Shown here piece by piece: positions 1 to 8,155 of a DNA stretch of 64,000 nucleotides (position 1 is its first letter; each line of letters begins with the position of its first letter). Position numbers and translations under genes: made by a program. The notes under the pieces were generated by a model. That model was not told the origin of the DNA. It saw only the letters and a program-made list of their open reading frames with translations, and made no database searches. The stretch covers positions 23,189 through 87,188 of the forward strand of contig CAJXLM010000004.1 in assembly GCA_913056175.1 (NCBI GenBank), in the 5' to 3' direction. This DNA comes from an uncultured Opitutia bacterium (GTDB taxonomy: Bacteria; Verrucomicrobiota; Verrucomicrobiia; Opitutales; Puniceicoccaceae).

Positions 1-1
1 C

Positions 2-181
2 TGTCGGCTGGAGCCCGGGACGGAGCCGCGGGGCGGAAGCGGCATGGACCGGAACCAGCTCGGGGTGGAGTGGGTGCCGGTGGCCGAACTCGCCCGCCTC
101 GAATTCTACCCGCGGGCGGCGATCCCCTGCCTCGATGGATCGCAGCGCCCCCGCAACCTCTATCTCGGCGACATCAACTGA
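2..181 (+). CDS. 3' end of a gene entering from the left (partial; possibly NUDIX-type hydrolase C-terminus)
   Basis: Open frame from the window edge to TGA at 179-181. The tail ...GVEWVPVAELARLEFYPRAAIPCLDG... resembles NUDIX C-terminal regions, but the fragment is too short for a firm call. Confidence 0.3.
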   Translation, partial: CRLEPGTEPRGGSGMDRNQLGVEWVPVAELARLEFYPRAAIPCLDGSQRPRNLYLGDIN

Positions 182-199
182 GCGACCCCGGCCCCTTCC

Positions 200-811
200 T
201 CATCCCCCCCAGGAGAGGTGCCCCTGGAGGAGCTTGACGACCCAGACGGAGGCATTGGCGGTGGCGTGGGCGACGAAGCAGGGGAGGAGCGAGTGGCGGG
301 TGTTCCCGAAGGCGAAGCGCACCGCATAGAACCAGAGGCTCCCGAGGAAAAGGAAAGCGGTGGTGAAGACCGTCTTGGTACGGACCTCCCAGGTGAGGGT
401 GCCCTCCTCCCAGCTCCACAGGTAGGGATGGAGGACGGCGAAAAGCGCGGAGAAAAGGACGACGCTCCCGACGAGGGCCGCCCGGCCCCGGCCCGTGACA
501 ACCAGGTACCCCCGGAAGACCACTTCCTCGACGACCGCGGCCCCCAGCAATGGGAGCAAGGAACGCGCGGGCAGGGTGGACTGTTCGGCGGAGATCCCGA
601 GGAGTCCCTCGCCGGCGGTCTCGAGGAGGGTGAGGGCGAGGCCGCCGGCGGCGGCGATCGCCCAGAGCCGTCCGCGGACCCAGGATGCACCCGGGAAGCC
701 CTGCCCCTTCCCCTCGCGGGCGTCGCGGATCCAGAGCACGAGGACGACCAGCCCCGCCCCGAAGTAGAGCAGGTCGCTGGAGAGGGAGGCCGGTACGGGC
801 AGGCGGTCCAC
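200..811 (-). CDS. CPBP family intramembrane glutamic endopeptidase (CAAX-protease-like)
   Basis: 203-aa multi-TM ORF with the EEVVFRGYL motif (EExxxR) and FSALFAVLH (FxxxH), both typical of the CPBP/Abi family. Confidence 0.8.
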   Translation of the reverse strand: MDRLPVPASLSSDLLYFGAGLVVLVLWIRDAREGKGQGFPGASWVRGRLWAIAAAGGLALTLLETAGEGLLGISAEQSTLPARSLLPLLGAAVVEEVVFRGYLVVTGRGRAALVGSVVLFSALFAVLHPYLWSWEEGTLTWEVRTKTVFTTAFLFLGSLWFYAVRFAFGNTRHSLLPCFVAHATANASVWVVKLLQGHLSWGG

Positions 812-950
812 GAGAGTTTCCTTGGCCCGGAACGGGCGGCGGGCAACCCCGGAGGCGGGCGGGGTCGGCCTCCGCGCCGGAACCGCGCCCCGTCTTTCCG
901 TTTGCTTGCCCCCCGGACCGGGCTATCCTCCTCCCCACGGCCCGGTCACC

Positions 951-1301
951 ATGTTCCAAGTCAACTTCAGCGAACAAGCCATCCAGCAACTCGATCGCCT
1001 CGACAAGTTCGTCCAAATGGGACTCGTCGAGCAAATCAGCTCCCTCACCGATGAGCAGCTCCAGCAGCCCTCGGAAAGCCTCGGCCGTTTCCACCGCAAC
1101 GGGAAGACCCTCTACCGCCTGCGGGCGGGGGAATACCGGCTCTACTTCGAGCGCCGGGGGGCCGCCCTCTTCTGCCACTACGTGCTCCACCGGAATACGC
1201 TCAGCGACTTCGTCTACCGCTTCAAGCTGCCCGTCTCCGAGGAGCAGATGCTCGAGGAGAACGACTCGTTCTGGCGCTATCTCGAGACCCTGAAGCGATG
1301 A
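951..1301 (+). CDS. RelE/ParE-superfamily toxin-like protein with a C-terminal extension
   Basis: From ATG at 951: FSEQAIQQLDRLDKFVQMGLVEQISSL...GRFHRNGKTLYRLRAGEYRLYFERRGAALFCHYVLHRN matches the RelE/ParE pattern (..A.kqLkkLdk....ri...i..L...G.lyRlRvGdYRiiYei....i.il.v.hR). The upstream part of ORF 822.. is Pro/Gly/Arg-rich and unlikely to be coding. Confidence 0.6.
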   Translation: MFQVNFSEQAIQQLDRLDKFVQMGLVEQISSLTDEQLQQPSESLGRFHRNGKTLYRLRAGEYRLYFERRGAALFCHYVLHRNTLSDFVYRFKLPVSEEQMLEENDSFWRYLETLKR

Positions 1302-1575
1302 GCGGCGGTGGGGAACAATTCGGGGAATGGCTCGGGGAAGCTTTCGGGAAGAGTGGGCGCGAGCGGCCGTTCTTCCCGTCCCACCCGGCGGTTTCGCCGT
1401 CCTTCCCGCAGGATTGCCCCCAGCACGGGGTTCCACAAAATATTGATCGAAAGAGAGTTAGAGAGTTCTTCGCCCTCTTCACCGACCATAGGAAGAAGAA
1501 GAGGGATTTCTTTATTTTCTTCTCCTCTTTCCACTGCTTGCCTCACAGGACCCGACTCTGGAACCTCCTTGCCCG

Positions 1576-2706
1576 ATGAAATTCCGCGCCAACCGTGATC
1601 ACCTCAGCCAGGGCCTCGGCCAGGTCCTCAACGTGGTCAGCACCAAGCCGACCATGCCCATCCTGCGGAATGTCCTCCTCGAGGCGTCGGACGGGATGCT
1701 CAGCTTCAAGACCACCAACCTCGACCTCGGCATCCGCTGTGCCATCCAGGCGGAAGTCGAGCAGGAAGGCGCGCTCACCCTTCCCGTCCGCAAGCTGGCC
1801 ACCATTGTGCGCGAGCTGCCGAACCTCGAGGTTCAGGTGGAAACGGACGACCGTCCCTCCGCGAAGATTCACTCGGGCGGTTCGCAGTACCAGATCCTCG
1901 GGATCAGCGCGGAGGAGTTCCCCCCGTTGCCCACCTTCGCGGACCAGCACGAGTTCACCCTGCCCCAGGAAAAGCTCCTCGGCATGCTGCGGAGCGTCTC
2001 GTACGCGCAGAGTTCGGACGAGAGCCGCTACATCCTGAACGGCGTCTACTTCGACTTTCGGCCGGAGGAGTTCCAGCTGGTGGCCACGGACGGGCGCCGG
2101 CTGGCCACCGTGGGCCACGAGCTGGAGGGCGGCAGCCCCACCACCGGCCAATTCATCCTCCCCGCGAAAACCGTGGGGGAACTGGAGCGCCTTCTCGGGC
2201 AGGGCGAGGGCGTGCGAATCACCTTCAACGATCGCCAGGTGGCCTTCGAGCTCGATCTGGGCGACTCCCTGCGGGACTCCGGCATGGTGGAGAACCTCTA
2301 CCTCGTCTCCAAGACCGTGGAGGGCCGCTACCCCGATTACCAGCAGGTCATTCCGAAGGAGGCCGGGCACCGCGTGCAGCTCGAGCGCGAACTCCTCCTC
2401 GAGTGCGTCCACCGGGCGGCCCTCGTCATCAGCGAGAAGAGCAACTCGGTGAAGATGCGCCTCTCCGAGAACCTCCTCGAGATCAGTGCCCGCAGCGCGG
2501 AGTTCGGGGACTCGCACGAGTCCATGGCCCTCCAGTACGACGGGCCCGAGGTCCAGATCGCCTTCAACCCGCAATTCCTCATGGATCCGCTCAAGGCGGT
2601 CCCACAGGACGAGATCTACCTCGAGTTCAAGGACGAGCTCAGCCCGGGCGTGTTCAAGACCCTCGAGAACTTCCTCTGCGTGGTCATGCCCCTGCGCCTC
2701 AATTGA
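1576..2706 (+). CDS. dnaN: DNA polymerase III subunit beta (sliding clamp)
   Basis: 376 aa. N-terminus [37 protein letters not shown], with three-domain clamp length and typical conservation throughout. Confidence 0.97.
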   Translation: MKFRANRDHLSQGLGQVLNVVSTKPTMPILRNVLLEASDGMLSFKTTNLDLGIRCAIQAEVEQEGALTLPVRKLATIVRELPNLEVQVETDDRPSAKIHSGGSQYQILGISAEEFPPLPTFADQHEFTLPQEKLLGMLRSVSYAQSSDESRYILNGVYFDFRPEEFQLVATDGRRLATVGHELEGGSPTTGQFILPAKTVGELERLLGQGEGVRITFNDRQVAFELDLGDSLRDSGMVENLYLVSKTVEGRYPDYQQVIPKEAGHRVQLERELLLECVHRAALVISEKSNSVKMRLSENLLEISARSAEFGDSHESMALQYDGPEVQIAFNPQFLMDPLKAVPQDEIYLEFKDELSPGVFKTLENFLCVVMPLRLN

Positions 2707-2752
2707 AGGACGCCCCGGCCAGACACGGACAGCGGGCCGGGCGGTTGCCGCG

Positions 2753-3634
2753 ATGACGGACGGAATCGCCCTCGGCTGGGTCCTTGTCCTCGCGGTGAGC
2801 CTCGGGGTCGGCCTCGGGTGGGCGCGCAGTCGGCCCGGGTTTGGGGTCACCCTGCTCAACCGGTGGTTGCGTTGGCTCCTCTTCGGGCTCGCCCTCGCCC
2901 TCTTCCTGCGGACCATGGACTGGGCGGGTCGGCCCTACTGGGCCCTCGTCCCGGCCTTCGTCCTCGCGGCCATCCTCGTGGAGAGCATCTACGCGTGGCT
3001 GGCGGTGCGCGCCCTCAGCCTCAGCCGGATCCCGGTCTATCCCGAATACCGGCGGACCGGGGAAGACTCGTTCTGGCCGGTGGCCGCCTACTACCTGCGG
3101 CGGAAGCAGGAGATCGAGGCCCTCGGCTTCACCAAGCAGGAGTCGCTGGAGGCGGACCTGCAGGACGAGATCCGGCTCCGCTCCCTCCTCTACACCGACG
3201 CCGGGGGAACGACCCGTTTGCAGCTCCTTTTCGTGCCGCGTGCCGGGGGCCGGCCCGCGCTCTTCGCGATTTTCACCACGCACGGCGAGGAGAAGACCCT
3301 CCTCACCGACAACGTCTGGCTCCCGCTCGGGGGCGCCCTGCCCCCGCGCTGGGTCCTGCGGCGGCGTCCCTTTGTCGGCTCCCTCCGCCGCCTGCACGCC
3401 CTCCACGTGCGGGAAGCGGGCCGCCTCGGCCTCGAGCCCCGGCCTGTCGGGGAGGATCTGGTCGAGCAGGTCAATGACGAGCAGGATTATCTCGACCAGG
3501 TGGGCACCGAGGAGGGGCTCCTCTTCCCCCGGTCGCAACGGGCCGAGCTCGGCAAGTTGACCGGGCCCGGACGCTACCGGATCTGGAAGCAGATGCTCCT
3601 CCTGCAGATCTTCGGGAAGGTCGGCCATGGGTGA
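2753..3634 (+). CDS. hypothetical membrane protein (3-4 N-terminal TM helices plus a soluble C-terminal domain)
   Basis: ATG at 2753 follows the dnaN stop by 46 nt. Hydrophobic N-terminus (GWVLVLAVSLGVGLG, LLFGLALALFL, ALVPAFVLAAILVESIYAWLAV). The 3' end overlaps the hisC start by 8 nt. I recognise no family. Confidence 0.5.
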   Translation: MTDGIALGWVLVLAVSLGVGLGWARSRPGFGVTLLNRWLRWLLFGLALALFLRTMDWAGRPYWALVPAFVLAAILVESIYAWLAVRALSLSRIPVYPEYRRTGEDSFWPVAAYYLRRKQEIEALGFTKQESLEADLQDEIRLRSLLYTDAGGTTRLQLLFVPRAGGRPALFAIFTTHGEEKTLLTDNVWLPLGGALPPRWVLRRRPFVGSLRRLHALHVREAGRLGLEPRPVGEDLVEQVNDEQDYLDQVGTEEGLLFPRSQRAELGKLTGPGRYRIWKQMLLLQIFGKVGHG

Positions 3635-4751
3635 GAGCGATCCCGAGGCGGACTGGCGGGATCCGGCCATCGCGGATTGCCCGATCTACGAGCCCGGCCG
3701 GCCGATCGAGGAAGTCGCCCGGGCGCACGGGCTCGATCCCGCGGACATCGTGAAGCTCGCCTCCAATGAGAATCCCCTCGGGCCGTCCCCACGGGCCGTC
3801 GAGGCGATCCGGGACGGGCTCGAACGGCTCCACGATTATCCGGACGGATCCGCCCGCGAGCTGCGGGCGGCTCTCGCCGGCCACCTCGGCCTCGATCCGG
3901 AGGAGATCGTGGTGGGCAACGGGAGCAACGAGATCCTCGAGATGCTGGCCCTCTCCTACTTGCGCCCCGGCTACAACGCGGTGCTCGGCCAGTACAGTTT
4001 CGTGGTCTACCGCCTGGCCACCCGCCACGCGAAGGCGGAGACCCGCATGGTGCCCATGCCGGACCTGCGGCACGACCTGGCGGCCTACCGGGAGGCGATC
4101 GACGGGGACACCCGGCTCGTTTTCCTGGCCAGCCCGGACAATCCCACCGGGGACCGGGTGGATCCCGCGGAGCTCCTCGCCTTCGTGGAGGATCTTCCCC
4201 CGCACGTGCTTTTCGTGCTCGATGAAGCCTACGCCGAATACCTCGCGGAACCCGTCGACCTGCGCCCGCTCCTGCGCGCCGGGCGGCGGGTGTTCTGCGT
4301 GCGGACCTTCTCCAAGGTCTACGGCCTCGCCGGGATCCGGGTCGGCTACGGCTACGGGCCGGCCTCCGTGGTGGCCAGCCTCGAGCGGGTCCGCCAGCCC
4401 TTCAACCTCGGCATCCCGGCCCAGCGCGGGGCCCGGGCGGCCCTCGGGGATCCGGACCATGTCGAGGCGACCGTGCGGCTGAACCGGGAGGGCCTCGCCT
4501 TCCTCACCCGCGAACTCGGTGCCCTCGGGCTGTCCGTGCGGACCGGAGAGGCCAACTTCGTCCTTGTGGAGGTGCCCTCCGCGCGGGACTGCTTCGAGGA
4601 CCTGCAGCGGCAGGGCGTGATCGTGCGACCCCTCGACGGCTACGGCCTGCCCCACCACCTCCGGGTTTCCACCGGCACTCCGGAGCAGAACCGTCGGCTG
4701 GTGGACGCCTTCCGCACCTGGCTCCAAGATGCGGCCGGGTCGGTCGACTGA
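3627..4751 (+). CDS. hisC: histidinol-phosphate aminotransferase
   Basis: LASNENPLGPSP motif and the PLP-lysine motif RTFSKVYGLAGIRVGYGY. 374 aa. Confidence 0.92.
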   Translation: MGESDPEADWRDPAIADCPIYEPGRPIEEVARAHGLDPADIVKLASNENPLGPSPRAVEAIRDGLERLHDYPDGSARELRAALAGHLGLDPEEIVVGNGSNEILEMLALSYLRPGYNAVLGQYSFVVYRLATRHAKAETRMVPMPDLRHDLAAYREAIDGDTRLVFLASPDNPTGDRVDPAELLAFVEDLPPHVLFVLDEAYAEYLAEPVDLRPLLRAGRRVFCVRTFSKVYGLAGIRVGYGYGPASVVASLERVRQPFNLGIPAQRGARAALGDPDHVEATVRLNREGLAFLTRELGALGLSVRTGEANFVLVEVPSARDCFEDLQRQGVIVRPLDGYGLPHHLRVSTGTPEQNRRLVDAFRTWLQDAAGSVD

Positions 4752-6064
4752 TGATCCTCGCGCTTCTCCTCCTGTTCGTCTTCGCGGCCCTTTCCCACGC
4801 CTCGGTGGTCGCCCTCGAGTACGGCCTCGTGCGCCAGCGCTACGAATTCCTCTCCCACGGGGAGACGGAGGGCTCCGTGGCGTCGGGCCGGCGGGCCTGG
4901 ATTGGCCGGGACACCTTCCGGGTGGCGGCAGGGCTGCGCCTCGCCCGGGTGCTCCTCGTCCTTCTCCTCGGGGTGACCGGCTTCGGGTTGTGGCAGGCAG
5001 TGGTGGCCGCGGTTCCCCTGCCCGCCGGGGTGGCGGTCCCCCTCGGTGTGATGGTCTTCGCCGGGGCGGGCCTGCTCCTCTTCCTGCTCGTGGAGCGTTG
5101 GCCCGCCCGAGCGGCCCGCAACCATCCGGAGAGGGCCCTCGCGTGGGCGGCTCCGCTGGCCGGCCTGCTCCTCCTGCTCCTCCGGCCCGCCGAGCGGATC
5201 TCGGGGGGCCGTCGGCACCGGAGCCTCGCCTCCTGGATGGGGCGGGAGGAAGGCGAGCGGGTCCATCCCCTCGACCTTGAGGTGCAGCTGCGCGCCCTCC
5301 AGGTGGAGCTGCGCCCGCTCCCTCCCGGGCTTCGCCGCATCGTGGACAAGGCCCTGCAACTGCCGGACCTGGAAGTTTCCGACGTGCTCCTGCCGCGTTC
5401 CCAGGTCGTTTGGCTCGACCTCCGGGAGGATCCCGCCGAGGCCCTCGCCCGGGCCCGCCAGGCCGGCCACACCCGCTACCCAATTTGCGAGGAGGACCTC
5501 GACCATTGTGTGGGCATCCTTCACATCAAGGACGTCTTCCGCAGCGGGAGGAACGGGCAAAGCACCGATCTCCGCCGGATGCAGCGACCGATCGCGACGG
5601 TGCGGCTCGAGGACCGGCTCGCTGACACCCTTTCCCTGCTGCTCCGCCGCAAGATGCACATGGCCCTCGTCCTCGACGATTTCGGGGGAGCCGTCGGGGT
5701 GGTCACCCTCGAGCGCATCCTCGAGGAGCTCGTCGGGGAGATCCAGGACGAGTTCGACCGGGAGCCGGAGGAAATCATCGCGCTGGGGGGGGACCGTTTC
5801 TCGGTGGCGGGCCTCACCCCCATCCACGACCTCGAAGAACGCCTCGGGCAGGAGCTGGACTGCGACGAGGTCTCCACGTTCTCCGGGCTGATCACCGCCG
5901 AGCTCGGCCGGATCCCGGAGCGGGGCGAAACTCTCGGCTACGGCCCCCTCCGAATCGCCGTGCGGGAGGTGGACGAGCGGCGGGTCATCCGGGCCGAGAT
6001 CGAACGGATCCCCGGGGACGCGCACGGGGAGGAGGCAGAGGGCGGCGCGGGTCGGGAGGGTTGA
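4751..6064 (+). CDS. hemolysin/CNNM-family protein (DUF21 TM domain, CBS pair, CorC_HlyC domain)
   Basis: 437 aa with an N-terminal 4-TM DUF21-like region, a central CBS-pair-like region (RYPICEEDLDHCVGILHIKD...MALVLDDFGGAVGVVTLERILEELVGEIQDEFD) and a CorC-type C-terminus. The start shares one nt with the hisC stop (TGATG). Confidence 0.85.
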   Translation: MILALLLLFVFAALSHASVVALEYGLVRQRYEFLSHGETEGSVASGRRAWIGRDTFRVAAGLRLARVLLVLLLGVTGFGLWQAVVAAVPLPAGVAVPLGVMVFAGAGLLLFLLVERWPARAARNHPERALAWAAPLAGLLLLLLRPAERISGGRRHRSLASWMGREEGERVHPLDLEVQLRALQVELRPLPPGLRRIVDKALQLPDLEVSDVLLPRSQVVWLDLREDPAEALARARQAGHTRYPICEEDLDHCVGILHIKDVFRSGRNGQSTDLRRMQRPIATVRLEDRLADTLSLLLRRKMHMALVLDDFGGAVGVVTLERILEELVGEIQDEFDREPEEIIALGGDRFSVAGLTPIHDLEERLGQELDCDEVSTFSGLITAELGRIPERGETLGYGPLRIAVREVDERRVIRAEIERIPGDAHGEEAEGGAGREG

Positions 6065-6109
6065 GGCGGGCGGGGGCCGAATCCTTGCGGCCGGGGATCC
6101 GCTCGGCCC

Positions 6110-6139
6110 TTGACAGGTGGGGCGTTAAGGCAGGATGAT
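6110..6139 (+). promoter_or_regulatory. candidate sigma70-type promoter for the polysaccharide-export genes
   Basis: TTGACA (6110-6115), then 18 nt, then GATGAT (6134-6139), inside the only AT-richer intergenic tract upstream of 6298. The -10 element is weak. Confidence 0.3.
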
Positions 6140-6155
6140 GTTCCGAATTGGGTGT

Positions 6156-6208
6156 TTAAGGTGGGCTGTCTGCAGCCGACGGTTTCTCCTTGCCGCAGCC
6201 CACCTTAA
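6156..6208. repeat. perfect 13-bp inverted repeat (TTAAGGTGGGCTG ... CAGCCCACCTTAA) with a 27-nt spacer
   Basis: Arms at 6156-6168 and 6196-6208, read directly from the sequence. It lies in the predicted 5' leader of the beta-barrel/Wza/Wzc genes and could be an RNA stem-loop or a dimeric operator. Confidence 0.6.
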
Positions 6209-6297
6209 AGATTTGATCCTACTGTGTTTCAGGAACTTCCTCTTCCTGACGATTGCGCCTGAGCCGCTTTTTCCTCCCTGCGAATCCTCCGACTTCC

Positions 6298-7428
6298 ATG
6301 AAGAAAACCGTCCTCACCCTTTCTGCCCTCCTGGCGGGCCTTGGTGTCTCGCTGGGCCAGAGTGAATCGAGCTTGCGCTTCGGGGAAGCCGGAGAGCTGG
6401 GTTTCCTTCTCCGGGGGAACTGGACCTACGATTCGAACCTCACGCTCTCCGAGGACAACGAGGAGTCCGGCAACTACTTCACCCTCACCCCGGGGGTGAA
6501 CCTGACCCTCGGGGACAACGTAACGCCCTTCGACCTGAACTTCACGGGCACCTACAGTCTTGTCCGCTACACCGACAAGACCCGCTACAACACCCATCTC
6601 TGGAACCTCAACGGGCGCGGCACCTACTCGCTGGCGCGGACGGATCTCTCCGTGACGGGCAGCTACCGCGAAATCCAGGCGAACCAGGCCGATGTGGAGG
6701 CGATTGATGACATCGTGGTGACGAAGACCACGCGGGGCGGTGTCAACGGCGTCTACCAGCTCTCCCCGAAGTTCAGCTTCGGGGCGGGCGGGTCCGCGGA
6801 GCACAAGACCTACGACGGGGGCAATAACCTGACGCGCAACATCTACACCGTTCCCGTGGACGTGTTCTACGCCCTCACCCCCAAGCTACAGGCGACCGGC
6901 GGCTTCCGCTACCGGGACACCGTTGTGGATGGCGGCGTGGACACCAAGGACTACTTCTTCAACGGCGGGATCACCGGCCAGCTGACGCCAAAGCTGCGTT
7001 CCCGGGCACGCCTCGGTTACCAGCAGCGGGACTTCAACGACAGCCAGTCCAACAAGGGCAGCTTTTCCGTGCTGAGCGACACCACCTACGACGCCACCCG
7101 GAGGGATCAATTCGGGTTCCGCTTCAACCGCGACTTTGCCACTTCCGGACCCGGCCAGTCCATCAACCGCACCTCCGGAGGTCTGACCTACCGCCACGAG
7201 TTCCCGTGGGACCTGACGGTTTCGACCGGGGTGACCGTGCAGTACAACGACTACGTCGACGATCCGCGGGACGACACCAACGTGAGTGGCCGCGTCGGAC
7301 TGGAGTACGCGATCAACCGCTACGCCTCCGCGAACGTCATGTATTCCTACCGCAACAACAACTCGAACCAGGATGGTTCGAGCTACCATGCGAATATGGT
7401 TCGCATCGGGGCTGGACTCCGTTATTAA
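6298..7428 (+). CDS. putative outer-membrane beta-barrel protein of the polysaccharide export module
   Basis: ATG at 6298 gives the signal peptide MKKTVLTLSALLAGLGVSLGQ. Alternating beta-strand-like Y/T/G/N-rich sequence, with a C-terminus ...VRIGAGLRY (terminal aromatic typical of OMPs). Located immediately upstream of the Wza-like gene. Confidence 0.6.
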   Translation: MKKTVLTLSALLAGLGVSLGQSESSLRFGEAGELGFLLRGNWTYDSNLTLSEDNEESGNYFTLTPGVNLTLGDNVTPFDLNFTGTYSLVRYTDKTRYNTHLWNLNGRGTYSLARTDLSVTGSYREIQANQADVEAIDDIVVTKTTRGGVNGVYQLSPKFSFGAGGSAEHKTYDGGNNLTRNIYTVPVDVFYALTPKLQATGGFRYRDTVVDGGVDTKDYFFNGGITGQLTPKLRSRARLGYQQRDFNDSQSNKGSFSVLSDTTYDATRRDQFGFRFNRDFATSGPGQSINRTSGGLTYRHEFPWDLTVSTGVTVQYNDYVDDPRDDTNVSGRVGLEYAINRYASANVMYSYRNNNSNQDGSSYHANMVRIGAGLRY

Positions 7429-7434
7429 CCGGGG

Positions 7435-8112
7435 ATGGGAGGAAGCGCTCATCAAGGCCGGTTAGGAAAGTGGAAAGGCAGACTGGCCGGGACCCTTCTT
7501 CTCCTCGCAGGCCTCCTCCCTGCGGAGGCGCAGGAACCCCGGGATTCGGGCGCGGGTGAACCGCGCGTCGGCGAAGATCGTGGAAGTGCCGATCGTCCGG
7601 TCCTCCCCGCCAACTACCGCGTCCAGCCCTCCGACCAGCTTCTCGTCGAGGTCTACCGCCATCCCGACCTGGAGAAGGTTTCCCGGGTAGAAGCGGATGG
7701 GACCATTACATTACACCTAATCGGGCAGATCGAGGTCGAGGGGATGACCGTGTCCGAGATCCGCGAGAAGGTCGCCGCACTCTACAACCGGGACTACCTC
7801 GTCGATCCCGAGCTCGACGTGTACGTGACCGACTTCAGCCTCGCCGAGGTCCAGGTCATGGGAGAAGTGCGCGAACCGGGGACGGTACAGATCCCGCCCG
7901 ATGACGACCTCACCCTGCTCGAGGCGATTGTCGAGCGCGGCGGGTTCACCCCGCTGGCCCGCCGCAATGCCGTGCAGATCCGTCGCAAGGACGAGGACGA
8001 TCAGACCGAGGTGGTCCGCGTGAACGCGAAGAACCTCCTCGACGATCCGGAGGCGGAGCAGTTCCTCCTGCAGGACGGCGACATCATTTTTGTCCGGGAA
8101 CGAATCCTCTGA
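7435..8112 (+). CDS. polysaccharide biosynthesis/export protein (Wza-like; Poly_export plus SLBB)
   Basis: YRVQPSDQLLVEVYRHPDL...DGTITLHLIGQIEVEGMTVSEIREKVAALY...V.V.GEVREPG..... matches the Poly_export/SLBB pattern. Signal-peptide-like N-terminus. Confidence 0.85.
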   Translation: MGGSAHQGRLGKWKGRLAGTLLLLAGLLPAEAQEPRDSGAGEPRVGEDRGSADRPVLPANYRVQPSDQLLVEVYRHPDLEKVSRVEADGTITLHLIGQIEVEGMTVSEIREKVAALYNRDYLVDPELDVYVTDFSLAEVQVMGEVREPGTVQIPPDDDLTLLEAIVERGGFTPLARRNAVQIRRKDEDDQTEVVRVNAKNLLDDPEAEQFLLQDGDIIFVRERIL

Positions 8113-8155
8113 GAGGGATCGACCGGTTGGCGAGCAGCGCGGCAACGAGACAACC

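Noticed and set aside
822-950. Upstream 43 codons of ORF 822-1301 as part of the RelE/ParE-like protein, or as an antitoxin.
   Set aside because: The sequence (MARNGRRATPEAGGVGLRAGTAPRLSVCLPPGPGYPPPHGPVT) is low-complexity and GC-driven, and is in the same frame rather than a separate ORF. The family signature begins right after the internal ATG at 951.
1420-1540. Possible oriC next to dnaN (AT-rich patch, DnaA-box-like 9-mers).
   Set aside because: There are only two 6/9 matches to TTATCCACA, no cluster of boxes, no adjacent dnaA, and no obvious 13-mer DUE repeats. This is insufficient to call an origin, so it is kept only as a low-interest note on the leader.
6135-6365. 76-aa ORF (MMFRIGCLRWAVCSRRF...) in the intergenic leader before the beta-barrel gene.
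   Set aside because: It overlaps the start of the well-supported beta-barrel ORF in another frame and spans the inverted repeat. It has Cys/Phe/Leu-rich composition with no family resemblance, and is more likely non-coding leader.
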